Origin: a bacterium
Lineage (GTDB): Bacteria; UBA6262; WVXT01
Direction of reading: 5' to 3'
Length of the DNA: 13,524 nucleotides
NCBI GenBank assembly: GCA_046759165.1
Contig: JBHIBS010000037.1
Coordinates: 1-13,524, forward strand
In this document: piece by piece, positions 1 through 7,179 of the stretch
How positions within the stretch are numbered: position 1 is the stretch's first letter
Layout of the letters: each line of letters opens with the position of its first letter
Notes under the pieces: generated by a model
What the model was told of the DNA's origin: nothing
What the model saw: the letters and a program-made list of their open reading frames with translations, nothing else
Databases searched by the model: none
Translations under genes and position numbers: made by a program

Positions 1-163
1 TGAGGGCTGGAGGAATGCCCCTCAACTTCATTCCCAATAGATTAAAGATGGAAATGTGGGCACCTGCTGCCACAGCCCTGATCCAGATGTTGAGGAAGTA
101 AAGGAACATTATCGCAAAGATAATTCCAACTATTACCACCAATCCAATTAAAAACTGTACCAT
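1..163 (-). CDS. floA: Flotillin-like protein FloA (YqfA/SigmaW regulon antibacterial family), 5' part only; truncated by the window edge
   Basis: Not in the ORF track. Manual translation from the ATG at 163 gives MVQFLIGLVVIVGIIFAIMFLYFLNIWIRAVAAGAHISIFNLLGMKLRGIPPAL..., an N-terminal TM helix followed by the FloA-type W-I-x-A-x-x-A-G-x-x-I-S-I-F-x-L-x-G-M-x-L-R pattern. Strong RBS GGAGGTG at 168-174 (minus). It lies directly downstream of nfeD genes, as in Bacillus yqeZ-yqfA. Confidence 0.9.
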   Translation of the reverse strand, partial: MVQFLIGLVVIVGIIFAIMFLYFLNIWIRAVAAGAHISIFNLLGMKLRGIPPAL

Positions 164-212
164 TTCTCACCTCCCATGGACGTCTCTGAAAAAATATCGT
201 TTTTCTTTGACC

Positions 213-262
213 TAGTTCATAGTTCGTAGATTCCGTAGATAACTTCTATGAGCTACGAACTA
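213..262. repeat. Inverted repeat built from tandem heptamers (TAGTTCR)n ... (CTAYGAR)n
   Basis: TAGTTCATAGTTCGTAGA (213-230) pairs with TCTATGAGCTACGAACTA (245-262): 18-bp stem with 3 non-Watson-Crick positions and a 14-nt loop, just after the short nfeD stop. Confidence 0.75.
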
Positions 263-266
263 ATTA

Positions 267-743
267 TCAGACTTCTTCGTCTATTCTTCTAACCACAACT
301 CTATTTCCTTCCACCATCACCACCTTTATCTTACAGCCCTTAGATAGAAATACTCCCTCGGTTACCACATTGATCTTTCGACCATCTATTAATGCCTTGC
401 CAGAGGGTCTCAAGGTAGTTAACGAAATCCCAGTTCTACCTTTTAAGTCCTCTAAATTTTCCGAAGTAGATCGGAAGCCTTTTTCTGTCAACTGAAGGAA
501 TAGCTTCTTGGACAACCTTGTTTTAGTCCCGAACCTCATTACTGCATAGACGCTCACCATAGCTAACACCAAGCTGCCAACTAAGAAATATGAGCCCCCG
601 ATGCTACCAAGTCTAACGAAAGCAATCCATATAGAGCCTACAATCAAAAAGAATCCGATCGTTCCCAGAATCCCTCCAGGAACGAAAACCTCAAGACAAA
701 TTAGAACCAAACCCACCAAGTAGAGAGACAAGATTAGCTTCAT
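267..743 (-). CDS. Short NfeD-family membrane protein (about 3 TM helices + C-terminal OB-fold)
   Basis: N-terminal LEVFVPGGILG TM motif. C-terminal GRTGISLTTLRPSGKA...VVTEG...VEGNRVVV is the NfeD OB domain. ATGA overlap with the upstream long nfeD (740-743). Confidence 0.9.
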   Translation of the reverse strand: MKLILSLYLVGLVLICLEVFVPGGILGTIGFFLIVGSIWIAFVRLGSIGGSYFLVGSLVLAMVSVYAVMRFGTKTRLSKKLFLQLTEKGFRSTSENLEDLKGRTGISLTTLRPSGKALIDGRKINVVTEGVFLSKGCKIKVVMVEGNRVVVRRIDEEV

Positions 744-2110
744 TTATTCGCTTCTTTCTCCACTTCGGAAACCACTATCCTATTCCCTTCGACCTTTGTC
801 ACTTTTATCTGTCTTTCCTTCTCTATAAGTTCGCCTTCGCTTACTACATCCAGAATTATATCTCCAAACTGAGCCTTACCCACAGGCCTGAGCATGGTCA
901 GTGCCACACCTTGCTTTCCTATAAATTTTTCCATCTCTACTGGTGCAGAACGGTATCCCTCTTCTCTCTTCTCCTCTGAAGTCAAAACTAATTTGCTTAA
1001 AAATGGAATTTTCGGCATAAACCTAAAACTGAAAGTAACCACCAAAAAAGTACCGATCAGGGAGGCAGCCACCACATAGGTTGCCTCCAGGAGGCGGGAA
1101 ACATCTATGGGCGTCTTTGGCATAGGATGCTTAACCAGAGCCAGGAAGAGACTGGCTACAATAAGCAGGATACCCGATACTCCTGCAATACCGAAACCAG
1201 GGATAACAAATATTTCTACAGCTAGTAAAATTCCTCCAATAATAAAGAGAACCGGCTCAATCCATCGGGCCAGCCCTACCATATATTGGGCACCAAAGAA
1301 GAGCGCCAAACAGATCAGCCCAATTGTGCCGCTCACTCCCCACCCAGGCATTCTCAATTCAAAAAATATCCCTAAAAGCCCGAAAGTAAGAAGAAGACCA
1401 CTTACCACTGGGTGGGAGAGAAACCTTACCAGGTTCTCTGACCAAGTTATCGAAGCCCTCACCACTTGAGCATTCTCTAACCCGTACAGGGTGAGAATTT
1501 CTCCAATTTTTGAGACCTTATGTTCTGCCAATTTAAGTTCCAAGGCCTCCTCTGTGGTAAGGGTCAGAAGTTTACCTTTCTCGATCACACCTTCTATTTC
1601 CACATCCGGGTCCACCATAGCTTCTGCCAGATTTGTGGGGTGGTTATTTCTTTCCGCCGTAGCTTTGAATTCTTTTCGTACATAGGAAACTACCTTTTCA
1701 CTAGTAGGCCTGGTTTTTGTACTTCCCGGAGCCATTACTACGGGAGTAGCTGCTCCAATGGTACTGCCCGGCGCCATAACAATAGATTGACAAGCCAAAC
1801 TTATTAAAGCTCCTGCAGATATAGCCCTTTTGTTAACAAAAGCTATTGTCTTTATATCACTTTCAAAGAGCGCATCCCTGATCTCAGTGGCTGCGTCTAC
1901 CCTGCCTCCGAAAGTTTCCAGTTCTAAGATGATACACTGAACCTCCTTCTCCTTCGCTTCCCGAACTACTCGCCTGATGAAACTGGAGAGTCCTAGATCT
2001 ATTACTCCTCTAACGGGAACGACATAAACATCCCTCTCGGGGTAGCCAAAAAGCGATGAGTGAGGAAATAAAAGGAAGCCTATAAGAAAGAGAAAAATTT
2101 TAGTTCTCAT
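740..2110 (-). CDS. nfeD: Long-form NfeD (YqeZ/NfeD1b-like): signal peptide, ClpP/SppA-class serine protease domain, TM bundle, OB-fold
   Basis: Motifs ETFGGRVDAA, AISAGALI (putative catalytic Ser), TIGAATPV, SEK (putative Lys), AEAMVD, GKLLTLT, VEIFVIPGFG, LRPVGKA...VEGNRIVV. ATGA overlap with the msbA stop (2107-2110). Confidence 0.92.
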   Translation of the reverse strand: MRTKIFLFLIGFLLFPHSSLFGYPERDVYVVPVRGVIDLGLSSFIRRVVREAKEKEVQCIILELETFGGRVDAATEIRDALFESDIKTIAFVNKRAISAGALISLACQSIVMAPGSTIGAATPVVMAPGSTKTRPTSEKVVSYVRKEFKATAERNNHPTNLAEAMVDPDVEIEGVIEKGKLLTLTTEEALELKLAEHKVSKIGEILTLYGLENAQVVRASITWSENLVRFLSHPVVSGLLLTFGLLGIFFELRMPGWGVSGTIGLICLALFFGAQYMVGLARWIEPVLFIIGGILLAVEIFVIPGFGIAGVSGILLIVASLFLALVKHPMPKTPIDVSRLLEATYVVAASLIGTFLVVTFSFRFMPKIPFLSKLVLTSEEKREEGYRSAPVEMEKFIGKQGVALTMLRPVGKAQFGDIILDVVSEGELIEKERQIKVTKVEGNRIVVSEVEKEANK

Positions 2111-3861
2111 GTAAGAGAAAAGTCCTCTCTAAATTGTAAATCGTAAAGCTTCCTATACAATCCACTCCTCTCCATCAACTCTCGGTGCTTTCCTCCCTCT
2201 ACAATTCTGCCGCGATCTATCACAATAATCCTATCTGCTTTTCGGATTGTTGACAGACGATGCGCTATTACAAAAGTAGTGTGATTCTTCATAAGGCGAT
2301 CCAATGCTTCCTGGACTAAGAGTTCAGATTCCGAATCTAATGAAGAGGTTGCTTCATCAAAAATCAAGATTTCTGGATCCTTGAGGACAGCCCGGGCAAT
2401 GGCGATTCGCTGCTTCTGTCCACCGGATAACTTCACTCCTCTCTCGCCAATAACCGTCTCATAACCCTGGGGTAGTTTCATTATGAACTCGTGAGCATTT
2501 GCAATACGGGCAGAAGCCACAATCCTCTCCAAGGGAGCTTCTGGATCACCATAAGCAATATTGTTTCTCACTGTATCATTAAACAAGATTGTTTCCTGCG
2601 TGACAATGCCCATCTGCTTTCTTAACGATTTCAGGGTTAGTTCTCTTATATCTTGACCATCAATTATAATCCTTCCTCTTGTGGGGTCATAGAAACGAGG
2701 AATTAGATTGGCTATGGTAGTTTTTCCGCCCCCGCTGGGACCAACCAGAGCTAATATTTCTCCTTTGGAAACTTCTAAATTAATGTTCTCCAGGACAAGC
2801 TCATTTTCTATAGAAGAACCCTCCTGGGGATAAGAGAAAGAAACTTCTTCCAAGACTATTTTTTCCTTCAAGGGTGGAAGAACTTTAGCATCAGGAAGCT
2901 CTACCACAAAAGACTTTGTATCTAAAACGTAGAAGATTCTTTCACTGGCAGCTAATGCTTGTTGAATTTGTTGATTTAGGTTGGCGAAATTCTTTACTGG
3001 TTTATACATAGAGGAGATAGCGGCAACAAAAGCGAAGAAAGTTCCTATAGTAGTCTTTCCATTTATAACTTCATAACCAGCAATAACTAAAACACCCACC
3101 ATCCCCAAAGTGGCAATAAATTCCATAACTGGCGACTGAATGGCTACTACCCGCATTGCCTTCATAATAATTTTAAAGAAACTACTATTTTCCTGTCCAA
3201 ACTTTTCAGTTTCTACCTTTTCCATACAGAAAGATTTAATCATCATTATTCCCAGAATTTTTTCCTGTAGTAAAGAATAGATGTCAGCCATCTTCTCCTG
3301 GCTTTTTCTGCTTATCTTCCTCAATCTCTTTCCAAACTTCCTTAAGGGAAGAATAACCAGAGGGAAAACAACCATAATTATGATTGCCCATCGCCACTGC
3401 AAATAGAAAAGAAGTCCGGTCAAGCCTATAACAGTCAAGCCTCCACGAATTAAATTTGCCGGAACGCTAACAATTGCTCTCTGTAGCAACATAACATCAT
3501 TAGTTAAACGAGAAATAATCTGACCTGTCCTCTGGCGAATGAAATAGTCCAAAGACAGGCTCTGCAGGTGGCTGTAAAGTTTGTTCCTTATATCCATTAT
3601 TGTTCTTTGACCGATGTAAGCCATCAGATAAGACTGATAATATTGAAATACCCCTTTAGCAAGGGCACAACAAATAATAATTAGAATAATATAAGGAATC
3701 ATCTCTGCATTCTTTTGAGCAAAGATTTTATCGAATGTCGGCTTTATCATATACATTAGAAGTGAAGTTAGCCCAGCAACTAAGGCCATGCAGATCAGCG
3801 CTTCTAAGAAACGTATCCTATACGGTTTAACATATGCAAATAGTCTCTTTAAAAGGTTCAT
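2107..3861 (-). CDS. msbA: MsbA-type lipid A-core flippase (ABC half transporter, TMD+NBD)
   Basis: 584 aa with a 6-TM N-terminal domain, Walker A GPSGGGKT, Q-loop IVTQE, signature LSGGQ, Walker B ILIFDE and H-loop IAHRL. It follows lpxB with a TAATG overlap at 3861. Substrate is assigned from context. Confidence 0.85.
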   Translation of the reverse strand: MNLLKRLFAYVKPYRIRFLEALICMALVAGLTSLLMYMIKPTFDKIFAQKNAEMIPYIILIIICCALAKGVFQYYQSYLMAYIGQRTIMDIRNKLYSHLQSLSLDYFIRQRTGQIISRLTNDVMLLQRAIVSVPANLIRGGLTVIGLTGLLFYLQWRWAIIIMVVFPLVILPLRKFGKRLRKISRKSQEKMADIYSLLQEKILGIMMIKSFCMEKVETEKFGQENSSFFKIIMKAMRVVAIQSPVMEFIATLGMVGVLVIAGYEVINGKTTIGTFFAFVAAISSMYKPVKNFANLNQQIQQALAASERIFYVLDTKSFVVELPDAKVLPPLKEKIVLEEVSFSYPQEGSSIENELVLENINLEVSKGEILALVGPSGGGKTTIANLIPRFYDPTRGRIIIDGQDIRELTLKSLRKQMGIVTQETILFNDTVRNNIAYGDPEAPLERIVASARIANAHEFIMKLPQGYETVIGERGVKLSGGQKQRIAIARAVLKDPEILIFDEATSSLDSESELLVQEALDRLMKNHTTFVIAHRLSTIRKADRIIVIDRGRIVEGGKHRELMERSGLYRKLYDLQFREDFSLT

Positions 3862-5057
3862 TAGTTGCTCGTTATGGCCTCCTCCAGAATAATTTTTGCC
3901 ACTCTCTTAGATGCACCTGGAGTTCCTAACTTTTCTTTAACCCTTTTAAGCTCCCTTTTGATCTCTCTCATAAGCCCTGGATTACTCAACCAGTGGCAGG
4001 CTACACTAGCAATCTCCTCTGCCCGAGCCTTCGACTGAATAAATTCGGGGACCACCCTCTTTCCTGCTACAATATTGGCCAAACCAATTCTCGGAATTCT
4101 TATTAGAACTCGTGCAAGTAGATAACTGAAAAGTGAAACTTTGTAAATTATAATCATTGGAATACCCAGACAAGCATTCTCCAGAGTAGCCGTTCCAGAA
4201 GCCACCAGAGCCAGGGTCATTGTTCTTCTTATATTATAATCTTCATCCCGCACTACCAGTATGGGAAGAGGAGACCTCTCTTCTTTTTTACTTTTGGAAA
4301 GCCTCGTTCGGTTAAGTGCACCCATTTCAAATTCTGTTATACACTCCTTAATGTAATTCATAGGTATATTGCCCGCCAAGGGCAAGACAAATTGCACTCT
4401 CCTGTTTTCAGCTATCCTTCTGGAAGCCTCTAACATAACTGAAAGAAGACGCTCTATCTCCTGTTTTCTGCTGCCAGGCATGAGTCCAATAATGGGGGAA
4501 TTAGCATCGAGCCCATACTTTCGACAAACTTCTTCTTTACTCTTAGTTGGCTGAATTGTATCCAAGAGAGGGTGACCGACAAACGAAACATCCACCCCAG
4601 CCTTCCTGTACGTCTCTTCTTCGAAAGGAAATATCACCAGCATCTTATTAACCAATTCCGCTATATCCTTAATTCTCCCATGTCTCCAGGCCCAGATTTG
4701 AGGACCAATGTAGTAAATCAAAGGAATCCTCAACCTCTTAGCCAAGCCCGCCAACCTCAAATTGAAACCAGGGTAATCGATCAGCACAATTATATCTGGC
4801 TTTTCCTTTCTTAGGAATTCTTCAGTCTTTCTGTAGATCTGACGAAGAGCAAGTATATTTGTAACTGCTTCACTAAAGCCCACAATTGCCAGTTCAGTAA
4901 GTTTATCCAGAAGCCTTACTCCAGCCCTCTCCATCCTTTCACCACCCAATCCATCTATCTCTATCTGGGAAGATATCTCTCTCAGCGCATTCACTAAATT
5001 TGCACCGTGCAAATCTCCCGATGGGTCACCGGCTACAATGAATAGTTTCTTAACCAC
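3861..5057 (-). CDS. lpxB: Lipid-A-disaccharide synthase
   Basis: Motifs AGDPSGDLHG, IDYPGFN, YYIGPQIWAWR, IFPFE, FVGHPL, MPGSRKQE, SGTATLE, LANIV, PEFIQ. GTG start. Confidence 0.97.
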   Translation of the reverse strand: MVKKLFIVAGDPSGDLHGANLVNALREISSQIEIDGLGGERMERAGVRLLDKLTELAIVGFSEAVTNILALRQIYRKTEEFLRKEKPDIIVLIDYPGFNLRLAGLAKRLRIPLIYYIGPQIWAWRHGRIKDIAELVNKMLVIFPFEEETYRKAGVDVSFVGHPLLDTIQPTKSKEEVCRKYGLDANSPIIGLMPGSRKQEIERLLSVMLEASRRIAENRRVQFVLPLAGNIPMNYIKECITEFEMGALNRTRLSKSKKEERSPLPILVVRDEDYNIRRTMTLALVASGTATLENACLGIPMIIIYKVSLFSYLLARVLIRIPRIGLANIVAGKRVVPEFIQSKARAEEIASVACHWLSNPGLMREIKRELKRVKEKLGTPGASKRVAKIILEEAITSN

Positions 5058-5060
5058 CGC

Positions 5061-5996
5061 TTATCCCAAATTTTCCTTGATTTTCTTGAGAATTTCCAAA
5101 GCAATCTCCAGAGCGTCCCGACCATGTTCGCCAGAAACCAAGGGCTTCCCGCCTCTCTCCACACATTGGATAAAATGTGTCAACTCCTCTCGCAAGGGGT
5201 CTGTCTTCTTCAATTGCGGTCTCAAAATCATGATATCCCTCATTGACTTAACCTTTTTTCGCTTTTTTTGATAAATTTTTAAGCTCTGCTTAACATAATC
5301 TAACGAAATATAAACGTCCTTTTGAAATATTCTTATCTTCCGAAACTTCTCCAAGGAAACCCGACTAGCTGATATATTAGCTACACAGCCATTCTGGAAA
5401 TTAATTCTGGCATTGGCAATATCTTCATTCTGAGACAGGACACTACCGCCGATAGCATCGATACTTCTCACCGATGACCTCACCAGATAGAGAACAATGT
5501 CGATATCATGAATCATCAAGTCGAGCACTACTCCAATATTAGACGTACGGGGATCATAAGGTCCAAGCCTGTAAGCTTCGATAAACTTCGGCTCCTTGAT
5601 ATATCTTTGTGCCTCCGATATCGCACTGTTGAACCGCTCAATATGTCCTATCTGTAAAATTAAATTCTTCTTCCGCGCTATACTCAAAAGATCTTCGGCT
5701 TCTTCCAAAGCGGGAGTAATGGGTTTTTCTATCAGACAGTGAACGCCTCTTTCCAGAAAATCCTTTGCCACAGGATAATGCAAATGGGTCGGCACTACAA
5801 TACTCACCGCATCGACCTTATTGAAAATCTCTTCATAACTTCCATAGGGAGTTGTATTATATTCTCGAGCGACCTTCTCTCTTCTTTTCTGGTCAATATC
5901 TACAACTCCTGCCAACTCTACATCCGGAATTTGCGCGTAGATCCGGGCATGATGCGAACCTATATGGCCAACCCCAACCACACCAAGTCTAACCAT
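5061..5996 (-). CDS. Gfo/Idh/MocA NAD-dependent oxidoreductase, probable UDP-GlcNAc 3-dehydrogenase (GnnA-like)
   Basis: GVVGVGHIG Rossmann motif, IEKP, GHIERFN, DLMIHDID, ASRVS. Located between lpxA/lpxI and lpxB. Start moved from TTG 6008 to ATG 5996 because GGAG (6003-6006, minus) precedes it. The family is secure; GnnA activity is inferred from context. Confidence 0.85.
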   Translation of the reverse strand: MVRLGVVGVGHIGSHHARIYAQIPDVELAGVVDIDQKRREKVAREYNTTPYGSYEEIFNKVDAVSIVVPTHLHYPVAKDFLERGVHCLIEKPITPALEEAEDLLSIARKKNLILQIGHIERFNSAISEAQRYIKEPKFIEAYRLGPYDPRTSNIGVVLDLMIHDIDIVLYLVRSSVRSIDAIGGSVLSQNEDIANARINFQNGCVANISASRVSLEKFRKIRIFQKDVYISLDYVKQSLKIYQKKRKKVKSMRDIMILRPQLKKTDPLREELTHFIQCVERGGKPLVSGEHGRDALEIALEILKKIKENLG

Positions 5997-6010
5997 CCTT
6001 CTCTCCAAAA

Positions 6011-6032
6011 CGCAGCCCGAAGCTGCGGCTAC
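6011..6032 (-). repeat. GTAG-type REP-like hairpin
   Basis: Minus strand reads GTAG-C-CGCAGC-TTCGG-GCTGCG: a GTAG tetranucleotide followed by a 6-bp GC-rich perfect stem. Confidence 0.6.
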
Positions 6033-6136
6033 CTAAGGCTCTTAACTTCTTGTGCTCCTAAACTCTCCCTAAAAATCCTTCTTTTCGGAAGGATTCCAAC
6101 TCTCCGTTTTCAAAAGGAAGCACAAAAGACTTGTGC

Positions 6137-6316
6137 TAAAGAACAGTTTGTGAGGAACATTGCAATTTTTAGCGAGGAAGCCGTCTCGGCTATATTTCTA
6201 ATCAAGCAAAAGCTTGTCTGAGTTCCGACTAGGTCGGAACGAGTTTGCTTTTGCGCCTGTGGAGAGATGGCTCCCGCGGCGTCAAAAAATTGCCATAGAC
6301 AAACAAAGTGTCTTTA
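6137..6316. other. Long multi-stem inverted-repeat element (MITE-like or structured ncRNA candidate)
   Basis: Nested pairings: 6137-6142/6311-6316, 6146-6151/6299-6304, 6162-6170/6285-6293, 6179-6187/6264-6272, 6206-6213/6247-6254 and 6222-6229/6233-6240. Confidence 0.7.
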
Positions 6317-6351
6317 CCACCTTTCACACTTCTTGGGTCGTCTGTCGATTT

Positions 6352-7179
6352 CTAACTTTCTTCCTCCTTTATTGCCACCAGCGAAATGCCATTTTGGTTG
6401 GCCCTTTTAACCACCTTCTCTCTATTCAATAATATTGTGTTGCGGGCACTAAAGGCGAATATTTTTGCTTTAGCCTCTTTCAATACTTCTACTGTCCTCT
6501 CACCAACAACGGGAAGGTCAAACCTCCTGTCCTGTTGGGGTTTACTTACCTTCACTACCACAACATCTCGTCTGCCCAATTTCCCTCCCCTCTTTATGGC
6601 GAGATCCGTTCCTTCCATTCCTTCCACTGCTAAAACGGCCTGATCCTTGACCACAACTGTCTGCCCGATGTCAAGGCCGGCGATCTCTTTAGCCATCTTG
6701 TGACCAAACTCAATATCTTGCCACTCCTTTTGAGTAGGTTTCCGGCGAGTCAAAATACCTGGGGAGGGTAAAAGGTGAGAAAGATAGGTAGCTGAATTTA
6801 TTAGTTCTATTCCCTCTCTCGACAACTCATCAGCCACTGCTCCCAGTAGAGAATTAGCCTTCTTATCCTTCACTCCAGCCAAAAGGGCCATAGCTCTTGC
6901 GTCCAGCTTTACCTGACTGAACAGGCGAGTGTGTCTAACCTGTCCCGCCATCACTGCCCTGGTTATCCCCTCCTTCTTACAAATCTCAATCAGGTCACCC
7001 AATTGTCCTACATCAACCCAGTGGATTCTATCTACCAAATTCTCCAGGCTGGGACTCGTCTCCTTCTTTATTGCCAGAGCGACTACTTCTAGTCCTGCCC
7101 TCTTGGCTTCCTGTGCCAAGATCAAAGGAAATCTCCCATTACCAGCAATCAATCCAATCTTCTTATTCTCTATCTTCAT
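6352..7179 (-). CDS. lpxI: UDP-2,3-diacylglucosamine hydrolase LpxI (DUF1009)
   Basis: Motifs GLIAGNGRFP, VMAGQV, LDIGQTVVV, AVEGMEGTD, KVSKPQQDRRFDLPVVG. ATGA overlap with lpxA (7176-7179). Confidence 0.95.
   Translation of the reverse strand: MKIENKKIGLIAGNGRFPLILAQEAKRAGLEVVALAIKKETSPSLENLVDRIHWVDVGQLGDLIEICKKEGITRAVMAGQVRHTRLFSQVKLDARAMALLAGVKDKKANSLLGAVADELSREGIELINSATYLSHLLPSPGILTRRKPTQKEWQDIEFGHKMAKEIAGLDIGQTVVVKDQAVLAVEGMEGTDLAIKRGGKLGRRDVVVVKVSKPQQDRRFDLPVVGERTVEVLKEAKAKIFAFSARNTILLNREKVVKRANQNGISLVAIKEEES

Noticed and set aside
188..205. GAAAAA/TTTTTC stem as a terminator before floA
   Set aside because: The stem is almost all A-T and too weak to call.
894..1807. Plus-strand ORFs 894-1079, 1107-1469, 1491-1685 and 1520-1807
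   Set aside because: They lie entirely antisense to the well-supported nfeD gene and show no recognisable motifs.
4369..5271. Plus-strand ORFs 4369-4554, 4572-4814 and 5038-5271
   Set aside because: Antisense shadows of lpxB and the dehydrogenase gene.
6009..6351. CRISPR array, tRNA, autonomous IS or gnnB pseudogene in the large spacer
   Set aside because: No regularly spaced direct repeats, no cloverleaf, no transposase ORF, and no minus-strand ORF or aminotransferase motif that I could recognise.
5739..6432. Plus-strand ORFs 5739-6221 and 6214-6432 crossing the lpxI-gnnA spacer
   Set aside because: Both overlap real genes on the opposite strand and have no recognisable family features. 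The spacer is better explained by inverted repeats. A small peptide cannot be fully excluded.
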